Shown here piece by piece: positions 28,340-37,526 of a stretch of 64,000 bases of DNA. The stretch lies in assembly GCA_002778455.1 (NCBI GenBank), contig PFCD01000019.1:10243-74242 (forward strand), read 5' to 3'. A program made the translations under genes and the position numbers. Within the stretch, counting starts at the first letter, position 1, and every line of letters begins with the position of its first letter. Below the pieces are notes generated by a model, which was not told the DNA's origin, did no database searches, and saw only the letters and a program-made list of their open reading frames with translations. Origin of the DNA: Candidatus Micrarchaeota archaeon CG10_big_fil_rev_8_21_14_0_10_45_29 (GTDB taxonomy: Archaea; Micrarchaeota; Micrarchaeia; Anstonellales; Anstonellaceae).

Positions 28340-29455
28340 TCAGTAGCCCTCAAAAGAATTTTTGTATATTGTTTCCTGCTGCGCTTTTTTGAGAAGCTCC
28401 CTTTGCGCGTCTATTGTTTTTTTGTGCAAAAGCCAATCTTTGTATGCCTGCATTATTTCCTCGGGCGAGCTTGCGCGAAAATCAAGCAAATAATTGTAGC
28501 ATTCGTTGAAATACATGTTTTTCTCTTCCATTACAAAGCCTTCCAAATTCAGGGCAAGTATTAGAGGCACAACTACAGTGTCTTTTTTTGCCTCTGCGGA
28601 TTCTATTTTGCGCGAAATTTCAGGGGCGGTTGCCTCGTGCTGGCTTTGTGCGGAGGGCTCTTCCTGCCCGCTTGAGTAAGAGTTCGGGTAATTCGCAAGG
28701 CGCACAATTCCAAAATCCCCGTCAAATGGAATTCTTACCTCTCCGTTGGAGCAAAGCCCCAGGCGTTGAGATGTTTTGCTTGAATGCCATTTGTCATAAG
28801 TGCCGTCAAACTGCTCTGTTGAGGCATCTCCAGTGTTTCTTGCGGCGCCTAAAAGGATGTAAAATATGTCACCCTGCTCTGCTTTTGCGACTATAAGCGA
28901 GTCGGTATATGAAAGGGCGTTTTGCTTGTATTTTTTGGAGTGCTCTTTTGCCTCTTTCTCAAATGCCTCATACGCCTCCTTGTTAAGGGGCAGAAGAACG
29001 GAGTGAACCACGCCGCTAAAGCCGAGCTGCCTGCATATTTTCTTTATGTTTGCATTCCAGTAATCAATAAGCAAATAGGTGCTATCCTTGTCGGTGCCGA
29101 TTATCCCAAGCTTCTCCTGGTGTGCGGGGTTGAGCTTTTCAAGCACTTTCTTTTTGTCATAAAAGCCCTTGTTTGAAATTGCTTCTTGGACCGGTTTTGA
29201 AGATTTGGCTGCTTCCAGTTCGCCTTTAATGGCAGAAGAGTCAATTTCGGCGGGAAGCCCTTTTATTGCCCCCTCGCCTGGGTAAATTCTTTTTATTCGC
29301 TTTGAGGTGTCGGGCAGCTCAGTTGCTATGCCCTGCTTGAGTATGGGGTATTGCATTGTTTGCGCAAGGGTTTTATTAGAGGAAAGAATTGCAAGCGTTG
29401 TGAATGCGGCGAGGGTGCCGAATGTTTTTATTGGGCGAATAATTGATGATTTCAT
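28340..29455 (-). CDS. Secreted hypothetical protein
   Basis: Signal peptide MKSSIIRPIKTFGTLAAFTTLAILSSNKTLAQ. No recognisable domain. Confidence 0.5.
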   Translation of the reverse strand: MKSSIIRPIKTFGTLAAFTTLAILSSNKTLAQTMQYPILKQGIATELPDTSKRIKRIYPGEGAIKGLPAEIDSSAIKGELEAAKSSKPVQEAISNKGFYDKKKVLEKLNPAHQEKLGIIGTDKDSTYLLIDYWNANIKKICRQLGFSGVVHSVLLPLNKEAYEAFEKEAKEHSKKYKQNALSYTDSLIVAKAEQGDIFYILLGAARNTGDASTEQFDGTYDKWHSSKTSQRLGLCSNGEVRIPFDGDFGIVRLANYPNSYSSGQEEPSAQSQHEATAPEISRKIESAEAKKDTVVVPLILALNLEGFVMEEKNMYFNECYNYLLDFRASSPEEIMQAYKDWLLHKKTIDAQRELLKKAQQETIYKNSFEGY

Positions 29456-29547
29456 AAATAAACACCAAATATAATACTCAACAAAAAGTTATAAATTCAT
29501 CTAAAATGGGGGAAAAATGCATATTTTAAAAACAGGGGGGCGCTACC

Positions 29548-30495
29548 CTATTTCAAGTAGGATATTGCGAAAAACTTTACCCTTGAGTAATAGCTATAAT
29601 TTCTCACAAGAGAGGGGAATTTTTCTTTTATGCTGTCCATTATTTTTACAAATTCGGCGAAATTTTTGGCCTGTAAATCAAATTCTACCACTGGGGAAAA
29701 AAGCATTTTCTGGAACATTGTTGTGTTTGGAAGGCTTTTTGCATAGTTTGCTACTTTTTGCACCCCGACATAATCATTTACACTAACATCCACCTTAAAA
29801 TATTCGTATCCGAGCGCCTCAGTATCTATGAACGGCCTAAAAGCCACTATCACCTTTTCCTTCACAAGGCGCCTTAGCTTTGCCCTTGCAGTTGCCGGGG
29901 AAATGCCGGCTTTTTTTGCAAGAGATATTATCGGCAGGCGGGCGTCTTGCGAGAGGGCGCCCAATATTTTCATGTCTGCGCCATCAAGGCGCGCCTGTTT
30001 CTGCCTTTCAAAAAGGCAGAATTCCTTTTTTTCCCCGCCATGCAAAAAAGAGCTGGTCAATTCGCAGTATTGGCAAAATATTGAAATTTGGGCGTATTCT
30101 ATTATTTTCCAAAAGTTTTTCCTTATGCTTTCGGCAAATTCTCCCATTTCCCAGGCGTCTTTTGCCTTTATTACCGCAACCATATGATGGGGCCCGCTTG
30201 TTTGGAAAAGGCCCCAGCAATGCGGGTCTTTTAGCATGAATTCTGCCAGCTTTTTCTCGTCACCTTCCCCGAAATCTTTTAGCCTAAAGTAAATTCTCGC
30301 GCTTGCCAGCCCGAGCTTGGAATGGTCCACTATCGCATAAAAGCCGCGCAATATGCCCGCCTTTTGCATTTTTGATATCCTGTATTTTACAGTCTCTTTT
30401 GCAATTCTTGCCCTCTTTCCTACCTCTGAGAGGGGCATCCTTGCGTTGCAGTCAAGCAGGGCAAGTATTTTCTTGTCTGCAGATGTTAGTTCCAT
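29548..30495 (-). CDS. Tandem (duplicated) Lrp/AsnC-family transcriptional regulator
   Basis: There are two HTH_AsnC modules (DKKILALLDCNARMPLSEVGKRARIAKETVKYRISKM and DMKILGALSQDARLPIISLAKKAGISPATARAKLRRL). Each is followed by a RAM-like domain. Confidence 0.8.
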   Translation of the reverse strand: MELTSADKKILALLDCNARMPLSEVGKRARIAKETVKYRISKMQKAGILRGFYAIVDHSKLGLASARIYFRLKDFGEGDEKKLAEFMLKDPHCWGLFQTSGPHHMVAVIKAKDAWEMGEFAESIRKNFWKIIEYAQISIFCQYCELTSSFLHGGEKKEFCLFERQKQARLDGADMKILGALSQDARLPIISLAKKAGISPATARAKLRRLVKEKVIVAFRPFIDTEALGYEYFKVDVSVNDYVGVQKVANYAKSLPNTTMFQKMLFSPVVEFDLQAKNFAEFVKIMDSIKEKFPSLVRNYSYYSRVKFFAISYLK

Positions 30496-30666
30496 TGTAT
30501 GCTATTTGGAATAATAAATATATGAATATTTGCTTTTTTAGCCAAATATTGGCAATAATGCTAAAGAATAAGGAAAAACATTATTAAAACATGAGAATTG
30601 TAAAATTCGGCGAAATTGGCAGGAAGTATGTGCAAAAAAGAGAGAGGCAGGGAGAGCGCTACTGAA

Positions 30667-32244
30667 TTATTCCCCCTCAAATAGGGCTCGCAAAACTTCT
30701 TGTATTGGCTTTAGCACCTTGTCATAAAATTGCTGGTAAAAATTGCTTCTGTCCACGTCCCATGAGGGGTCATGGAGGAAAACAGTTTTTCTATCGTCGC
30801 TGTTTGGATACAGCAATTTAGCTTTATTTCCATGCACAACCAGATAAGGTTTTCTTACATATTCCCTGCGAACCAAATCATATGTTCCGAGAAGAAAATT
30901 CTCAAACACCAGCCTCTTTTTCATTCCGGAATTGCGGTGATAAAGCTCTGCCTTTGCCATTATGTCTTCTGCAGTGTCTGTTATCAGGACACGGTCAAAT
31001 GGATTGGTAATAACGTAAGGTGGCATGGACGATACATTGCTTGAAGAGGGGGCGCCTGGGAGATAATGAAATAATTTTGATGAGATTGCTTCATCAAAAT
31101 CTGAAGAGTGGAACAATAAAAATGAGAAATCGTGTGGGAGAAGACCTTTTTTAAGCACTTTTAGAAAAAGGTCGTCATACGCGCATTCTGAAAGAGGGCC
31201 AAGTTTTGTTGGAGGCAGGAGAACGCCCAATGTTCGCATTCTTGCGCCCGTATGGGATTTGGACTTGGAATAGTTTGGGTTTGAACCTAACTCTGGGGTG
31301 GGATGCAATAAAGCAAAAGAAAGCGCGATCTCATCAAGCGGGTAATCAGCCAGAATTCGTATCTTTTCTTGGTTGTTGCACACATTTTTGTGTTCTTTTA
31401 AGCGCTTTGGGATTGTGCCAAGAACCAATTTCCTAAACTCTTTGTTAGAATCGTACAGGGCCGCCAGTGTGTCCCTGAAATGTTTGAATAAAATGGTTGA
31501 GCCATTATGATATGATGATACGGGGGTTATATTTGTCTCGATATGGCGGCGGCTCGTGTGAGAAGAATATGATAATGCAAGACTGGATATTTTCAGGTTA
31601 GACATGAACATAACTAAGTTTTTTGCCTGTTCTTTAGAAAGATCATAAAAAGCCTGCAGATTATGCGCCTTTGAGACATCATCTACAAGAACATTATGTT
31701 TGTAAGTACTTTCCCACCCAAAATTTTCTATTGCCCCATACATAACAAAGTATAAATTGTCAATGGGCACTAAGCTTTCTAACCACGGGGATAGGCCTAA
31801 GCCAAACACCATATAAGAATCGTGGAAGGGGCGGTATGAATATTCATACTTGTTGGAGCCAACGTAAAAATTTTTCTCTTTTGGGAGGATGCACCCAATG
31901 CGCAACAGTTCTTGATAACAAGAATCAGTTAAGGTATGAAAATAAATAGGGCGCTGCGGAAGCTCATTAAAAAAGCCCCAGCAGACAGAGGAGTTTGTGT
32001 TTGGAAGGCTTTTTTTGTATTTTTCAATCTGCTTCTCAAGCTTTTGCACAGTTACGTTTGGCTGCTTTTTTCTTGCCTTCTCAAGCTTTTCATACAAAAG
32101 TTCTGTGTTTTCGGATTGTGCCTTCAGCCGCTCAAACACCGGGCGCAAATTCTCTTTGTAGGGCTTTAGTGTTTCTACTGCGTTTAACTGCCTTTGATTT
32201 AACACATTATTATTTATATATACACAAATAAAAACATATCGCAA
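30667..32244 (-). CDS. Hypothetical protein (orphan, 525 aa in the track ORF)
   Basis: A long uninterrupted ORF in a visibly more AT-rich stretch. The start is uncertain: the track start is TTG and no in-frame ATG occurs for about 150 codons. Confidence 0.45.
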   Translation of the reverse strand: MRYVFICVYINNNVLNQRQLNAVETLKPYKENLRPVFERLKAQSENTELLYEKLEKARKKQPNVTVQKLEKQIEKYKKSLPNTNSSVCWGFFNELPQRPIYFHTLTDSCYQELLRIGCILPKEKNFYVGSNKYEYSYRPFHDSYMVFGLGLSPWLESLVPIDNLYFVMYGAIENFGWESTYKHNVLVDDVSKAHNLQAFYDLSKEQAKNLVMFMSNLKISSLALSYSSHTSRRHIETNITPVSSYHNGSTILFKHFRDTLAALYDSNKEFRKLVLGTIPKRLKEHKNVCNNQEKIRILADYPLDEIALSFALLHPTPELGSNPNYSKSKSHTGARMRTLGVLLPPTKLGPLSECAYDDLFLKVLKKGLLPHDFSFLLFHSSDFDEAISSKLFHYLPGAPSSSNVSSMPPYVITNPFDRVLITDTAEDIMAKAELYHRNSGMKKRLVFENFLLGTYDLVRREYVRKPYLVVHGNKAKLLYPNSDDRKTVFLHDPSWDVDRSNFYQQFYDKVLKPIQEVLRALFEGE

Positions 32245-32273
32245 GGGATATTTGCAAAGAAAAATTGGATTAT

Positions 32274-33536
32274 TTAAAATTCAGCAAGCCGGCTCTGGCG
32301 CAATATTGCGCTTTGGGAAAATATAGCAGATGAGGGAAGCTTCAAATTCTTTTGCAAATAAGAGAGAATTTCCTCTTTTGAGGAAAATTTTAAGGGAGTA
32401 TTTTTCATGGCATGCCTTACATTTTCGCGAATTTCCCATACCCCCACAGGCAAATCATATTCGGGCAATATTTCCCTTATCACAACAACGCGCGCCTGCC
32501 TGCGCAAAGAGGATGCAAGCGCCTCACATACTCCAAGACGGGCCGCGTAATAGCCGCCTCCCTGCTTGAATGCATATTCACTGCGCCCAAAAAAAGGCTC
32601 ATATTCGCGGTTCAGTGCATAATTTCCCCCCGCGCCCATCCATCCTTCAAAATTTTCATATTCCCACGCGCCCGGCATTAAAAGAATCCAGAACCGGTTT
32701 GCCAAATACTCGTTAAAATAGAGGAGAAACTCATTTGCTTGCGAAAAATTTCTTATTTTTTCAATATGCTCTTTTGCGACCATGTCATCTGTCGCGGTTA
32801 TGCCCCATTTTGTTGGCACAAGCCGCCGCGCATCTTTTTTTCCAAGCACTCCGCAGGTAAGAAGGCGGCATAAATAATTCTCATCATAGCCGGCGGCAGA
32901 GAGCTCTTTTATTGCAAAGGATGCGCGCACCCCCTCATTTACCAGGGAGTCCACTTTTTTTGGAATTTTGGGGTTTTCTGCCAAAGACAATTTCTCAAGT
33001 GGGGCGGATGGGCCCATTGGCTGATGAATTGAGTGAAAGCTTACATTTAACGAGGGCTTTTTTGAAAAATGCGCTTCTATATCAACTTTTTTGCATGACA
33101 TTGCAGCCTCTTGCGAGTCAATTAGCATCCTGTTTTCCCTGCCCTGCCTTGCAAAGCCGGGAGATTTTTGCGCCTGCATCACTTTTGCGTTTGCCTGCCC
33201 TCTTATTTGCATTGAGCGGGCGCGCACTATTTTGTCAAAATCCCAGCCATACCACTCGCGCGGATTGTCGGGGAGAGAGTCGTCGAGGTTTATCATCGGG
33301 CCCCAGTTAACAGACGGATAGCCAAAATGCCCTACAAATAAGTTGGGCGGAGAGGGGCCGAAAAAATTTTGCTTGTCAAATTCTTTTGCCATCTCTGCTT
33401 TTATTGCCAGTATTGGCTTGTGGGGGCAGTATATTCTTGCATTTTTTTTGCATGCAGGGCACAGCTCCGCCGTGTCAGGTGAAGTGCGCTTATGCCCTTT
33501 TTTTAAAGCTTTTTCATTTAGCCCAAGAATATCCAT
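32274..33536 (-). CDS. nreA: DNA repair protein NreA (archaeal Nre family)
   Basis: N-terminal Cys cluster (CPACKKNARIYCPH) followed by FFGPSPPNLFVGHFGYPSVNWGPM, characteristic of Nre N-terminal and C-terminal domains. Confidence 0.75.
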   Translation of the reverse strand: MDILGLNEKALKKGHKRTSPDTAELCPACKKNARIYCPHKPILAIKAEMAKEFDKQNFFGPSPPNLFVGHFGYPSVNWGPMINLDDSLPDNPREWYGWDFDKIVRARSMQIRGQANAKVMQAQKSPGFARQGRENRMLIDSQEAAMSCKKVDIEAHFSKKPSLNVSFHSIHQPMGPSAPLEKLSLAENPKIPKKVDSLVNEGVRASFAIKELSAAGYDENYLCRLLTCGVLGKKDARRLVPTKWGITATDDMVAKEHIEKIRNFSQANEFLLYFNEYLANRFWILLMPGAWEYENFEGWMGAGGNYALNREYEPFFGRSEYAFKQGGGYYAARLGVCEALASSLRRQARVVVIREILPEYDLPVGVWEIRENVRHAMKNTPLKFSSKEEILSYLQKNLKLPSSAIFSQSAILRQSRLAEF

Positions 33537-33738
33537 GCTAAATTATGGGCGCCTAAGAATTATAGGTTTTGCAGAGGGCATTTTTCCGTAAAAAACTAAA
33601 ATTTCAAAAAACCCGTTGCTGTTTTTTATAAATTTTGGCTGGCGGGCTTTGGATTTATGGATAAATAAGAGTTTTGTTGCTTGTTTTTTGTTTGGGCTTA
33701 AAACAGGTGTTTTTATTATTTGGATGAGAAATAAGCAT

Positions 33739-34515
33739 ATGAAAAACACCCTTTATTTAGTGGGATTAGGGCTTTGCGACGAGCAGGATTTGCCTTTGCG
33801 CTCAGTGGAGGCGCTAAAAAAATGCGAAAAAATATTTGCTGAAAATTATACAAATTTTGTGAGGGAAGGGGCATTTGCGCGCCTTGAGAAAATAATAGGG
33901 AAAAAAGTGCAGATTCTCCCAAGAGAGGATGTGGAGGGGGAAAAAATAATTTTGGATGCGTGCGCAAAAGGAAATTCTGCATTAATTGTGCCCGGAGATC
34001 CGATGAGCGCAACAACGCATAATTCATTGCTTGAGGGGGCAAAAAAAAGAGAAATAGAGGTGAGAATATTGCATGCCTCCTCAATATTTTCCGCCGCGCC
34101 TGGGGCATGCGGGTTGCAAAATTACAAATTCGGCAAAACGGCGACAATTACTTATTGGCGTGAGAATTTTGAGCCAACTTCTTTTTTGGATATAATAGCG
34201 CAGAATAAAAAAATAGGGGCGCACACATTATGCTTGCTTGATGTTGATATGGACATGGGCCCTATGAAGCCGTCACAGGCAATTGGGATACTTAGAAAGG
34301 CGCAAAAGAGAATTGCTGAAGAGAGAAAAGATTCCTCTTCTTTGGAAAATGAGGATATTTTTGTTGCCTCAACAATAGGGTGGGAAGAGCAGAAAATTTG
34401 GGCTGGAAAATTAAGGGATTACAAAAAGCAGAATGAGAATTGCCCTGCAATAATTATTTTCTGCGGCAAAATGCATTTTATGGAAAAAGAGGCTTGGGAG
34501 AGGGCTTTGAAGTAA
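33739..34515 (+). CDS. dph5: Diphthine synthase
   Basis: LYLVGLGLCDEQDLPLRSVEALK, LIVPGDPMSATTH and a tetrapyrrole-methylase fold pattern. I trimmed the ORF to ATG 33739. Confidence 0.9.
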   Translation: MKNTLYLVGLGLCDEQDLPLRSVEALKKCEKIFAENYTNFVREGAFARLEKIIGKKVQILPREDVEGEKIILDACAKGNSALIVPGDPMSATTHNSLLEGAKKREIEVRILHASSIFSAAPGACGLQNYKFGKTATITYWRENFEPTSFLDIIAQNKKIGAHTLCLLDVDMDMGPMKPSQAIGILRKAQKRIAEERKDSSSLENEDIFVASTIGWEEQKIWAGKLRDYKKQNENCPAIIIFCGKMHFMEKEAWERALK

Positions 34516-36336
34516 TTATTCTTTTCTTATTTTTGAGAATTTTCCGAATGGATCGTTGATAAGCTGCTTGCTCTGCTCTATAAGAAAGTTTGTGAATGAT
34601 TCTATTCCTTCTCGCTTGTCTGCATAATTACTGCCCAGCAGGTCGTAAAAACTCTGCCCGCTTTCTGGTATTATGCTGACGTTCAGATGGTCATGCCCAG
34701 AATAGCCGCCTATCAGGCTTTTTGTTGATACTGCGATATACGGGCGCCCTGAGAGGATTTCGTTGTAAAAGTCCACTGCCTTGCCGGCATCTATTTCATA
34801 GAAGTTTTGCGGGTCTGCCGGGTCTGCGTTTTCGGAATTTTTGAGAATGTGGCGGGGCATGGAAACGGTTATGCTGTAATCATCTGCTTTGAAAGCGTAT
34901 TTTGCCGAGGGCGCCATAACCACTATCACAGGGGAGCGGGTGTAGGGAAGCTCGGTAAACTGCTCAGAGCTCATGATTTCTCTCGGCCTTGAGCGCACTA
35001 CCCCCACATATTCGGAGAATTTTTGGGATGGGGATTTGTCGTTTGCATGATAATCAAAATGGTAATAAATTGGATAAGGAAATGTCGTGCCTCTGCTGAT
35101 TCTTTGCCCCCAATATTTCTCGGATGCCTCAAAATTTCCCATAAATGCTTTTACCTGCGAATAGCGGGCGATAGCAAGCAGTTCCTTGTATGTTTCGTCC
35201 ACGCCCTTAAGAGTTTCAGCTTCGGCTACGCTGAGGGATTTCGCCCCCCGCATTGTCACTTTCTCATTTGCCCTGCATGCAAGCAGAAGCCGGGAAACCA
35301 GGCTTGCTTTGCGCGCCTCAAGCATAAAGTTCTCTGGGGAAAAAACCCCCTCCGCCTCGGGGTATGCCTTGCTGAGAATCTCAAGTATTTTCCTTATGTT
35401 TTGCAGGGTGTAATATGGCACGATGTAAAACGCCTTCTTGTCAGAGTCATAGTGGAGAAGCTCTTTCCATACTGTTGTGAAATAAAGGTCAAGAAGATTG
35501 TATTTTCTTACCTCTTCGGGGGTAAAGAGCGTTAGCGATTCGGTATTGTCATAGCTATCGTATTTTTTTGCCCTGCGCGTTTCCAAAGACCTGAAAACCC
35601 TTGAGAAGTATTCCCTGTAAGCCGCCTCCTTTGCCTCGGCAAACAAGATGTTTTTCAGTTTGTAAATGTCTTTTGGCTCCTTTATGCGCACATCTTCCAC
35701 CCCAAGCTCTGCGTCGTTTGTAAGGGAGAGGGTGCCGTACATGAGATATGAAGCCATTTGCTGTACCAGCCCGTTGTGGCTTTGAGTATTTCCGTTTATT
35801 GCGCTAAGGTCCCTATAAAGCCCGTGGACAGTGCGGTATCTTTTTCTTATAGGCCTCTTTCCCATGCTATCCTCAAAAAGATCGTGGGTGCCTCCAAAGC
35901 ACACGGTGGATGATGGCGCATGCTCTTTGGTAAGCCGCAGCATTATGCGATACGGGTGGAGGATTTGAGGGGTTCCGTCCCGCCTTATCATTTTAAACGA
36001 ATATTTTTCATCAACAATTCGCATTACATTGTCAACCATTTGTCCCTCGGGATAAGGCGCATTTGAGAAATGCTCGTGAATCTCGTCCTTAAATTCCCCG
36101 TGCTGCCGCATGTAATATTGCATGCCCATGCCCCTCTCGGTAAGGGGCTTTCTCACAAATTTTGCATGCGCGGCAATCTCTTGGGGAGAATAATAGCCCT
36201 TTGCCTTGTGGCTTCTCAAAAAGCTAAATTCGCTTTTATCAAAGTTTTTTAGGGGGTCGTCTCTCCATTTGGGAGGGCGCTCGAATGGCTTGAATGATTT
36301 TGAGGTTTTTAGAACTCCGAATAATGCCATAAACAT
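34516..36336 (-). CDS. SpoT/Mesh1-like HD-domain protein with ~350-aa uncharacterised C-terminal extension
   Basis: RRDGTPQILHPYRIMLRL...GGTHDLFEDS follows the R..G.P...HP....(20-30)..HD..ED pattern. A later KKYDSYDNTESL resembles K..DR..N. Confidence 0.5.
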   Translation of the reverse strand: MFMALFGVLKTSKSFKPFERPPKWRDDPLKNFDKSEFSFLRSHKAKGYYSPQEIAAHAKFVRKPLTERGMGMQYYMRQHGEFKDEIHEHFSNAPYPEGQMVDNVMRIVDEKYSFKMIRRDGTPQILHPYRIMLRLTKEHAPSSTVCFGGTHDLFEDSMGKRPIRKRYRTVHGLYRDLSAINGNTQSHNGLVQQMASYLMYGTLSLTNDAELGVEDVRIKEPKDIYKLKNILFAEAKEAAYREYFSRVFRSLETRRAKKYDSYDNTESLTLFTPEEVRKYNLLDLYFTTVWKELLHYDSDKKAFYIVPYYTLQNIRKILEILSKAYPEAEGVFSPENFMLEARKASLVSRLLLACRANEKVTMRGAKSLSVAEAETLKGVDETYKELLAIARYSQVKAFMGNFEASEKYWGQRISRGTTFPYPIYYHFDYHANDKSPSQKFSEYVGVVRSRPREIMSSEQFTELPYTRSPVIVVMAPSAKYAFKADDYSITVSMPRHILKNSENADPADPQNFYEIDAGKAVDFYNEILSGRPYIAVSTKSLIGGYSGHDHLNVSIIPESGQSFYDLLGSNYADKREGIESFTNFLIEQSKQLINDPFGKFSKIRKE

Positions 36337-36386
36337 CAGTAGAGGTTAGTTTTAATACATAACTTTACACTTTTTACTATAAAAAC

Positions 36387-37334
36387 CTATGGATGCCCCC
36401 GATATTCTTCAAAAAACGAGGAATTCAAAAGAATTATAGATGACTTTTCATATTGCTGAAAAAACAATATTCTCAACTGCTTGTCGATATATAATATTGA
36501 GTGCTGCCCCTCATTTCCCTCATTGCCACCATGCGCAAAAACTGGGGAAAGGGTGCCTGAGCGCATCACTTCAACTTCAAACACATCCCTTCCAGAAATA
36601 GTTTTCTCCCCCATAACCCTTATTTTTATCGGCGCGCGGGCAGTATGGTTGCCCGGAAATATTGTGAGTGTCTGGTTTGCCTCCATTGAGAAATTTTTAT
36701 GCAATGCAAGCATCCATGGCGCATAAAAAGGCCATGTGGAATTTGCAAAACCTAGTGGTGAGCCAAGGGGCCCCCCGGACGGGCTTGCCTCATAGCCGTT
36801 TGCGCCTATGCATACTGCATATACGCCGGGCTCGTTTTGCATTGCGGCCCCTAAAGAGCCGTGAATTAGAATAGAATTTTGCGCATCTGCCAAAAGCACT
36901 CCCGGGCACGAGGGATGGTTGAGGGCGTCTACTCTTAATTTATGCGCCCCCTCTGAAGAGTTTATTTCATATTCAAGAAAATCCCCGGCTATGAGGGAGA
37001 AATTGGCGGTGTTGTGAAGAGGAGGCGCCTCAACGCCCCATTGCCATGAGGGCTTGGGGGCGGTTGAGAGAAAAATAAATGATGCGATTACCCCTATAAC
37101 AAGGAAGATGGCGCAAAAAACAAGAAAAGATTTGAGAAAAGAGTATGCCCCCTCTTTTGCGCCTTCTGTTAATTTTTTTGCCGCCGCCTCTATTTGGGGG
37201 GGAGGGGCGCGGTTTTTAGGGGCTAAATTTGCCTGCGCAGGAGTTTTAGGTTTAGAGGGCTTGCTTTCGGAGGGGTTCTCTTTGTTTTTTTTGTTGGGGG
37301 ATTTTTTTGCGCCCGCGGTTTTTCTTTTTTTCAT
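36387..37334 (-). CDS. Type II membrane-anchored extracytoplasmic hypothetical protein
   Basis: A K/P-rich cytoplasmic N-terminus, a single TM helix (FLVFCAIFLVIGVIASFIFL), then a ~220-aa beta-rich ectodomain with N-x-S/T sites. Confidence 0.5.
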   Translation of the reverse strand: MKKRKTAGAKKSPNKKNKENPSESKPSKPKTPAQANLAPKNRAPPPQIEAAAKKLTEGAKEGAYSFLKSFLVFCAIFLVIGVIASFIFLSTAPKPSWQWGVEAPPLHNTANFSLIAGDFLEYEINSSEGAHKLRVDALNHPSCPGVLLADAQNSILIHGSLGAAMQNEPGVYAVCIGANGYEASPSGGPLGSPLGFANSTWPFYAPWMLALHKNFSMEANQTLTIFPGNHTARAPIKIRVMGEKTISGRDVFEVEVMRSGTLSPVFAHGGNEGNEGQHSILYIDKQLRILFFQQYEKSSIILLNSSFFEEYRGHP

Positions 37335-37474
37335 CGCCTCTCCTCCGCATCGCGCGCATCCCTTGCCTCTTTGCTTATCTCATGCCAGGAGGATTTGCTT
37401 CCCTCCTTATACATAAGCCACACAAGGGCGCACAAAAAGGCGATTGAGCCTCCCAGAATAAGCAAATTTTCCAT
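37331..37474 (-). CDS. Possible 47-aa single-TM mini-protein
   Basis: MENLLILGGSIAFLCALVWLMYKEG... The stop overlaps the start of the 315-aa gene (ATGA). The longer 90-aa track ORF would run into the mvk start region. Confidence 0.3.
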   Translation of the reverse strand: MENLLILGGSIAFLCALVWLMYKEGSKSSWHEISKEARDARDAEERR

Positions 37475-37526
37475 GCTAAAATATGCAGTGGTGAGGTTTA
37501 AAAGATTGCAAATGTGTGAGCATAAT

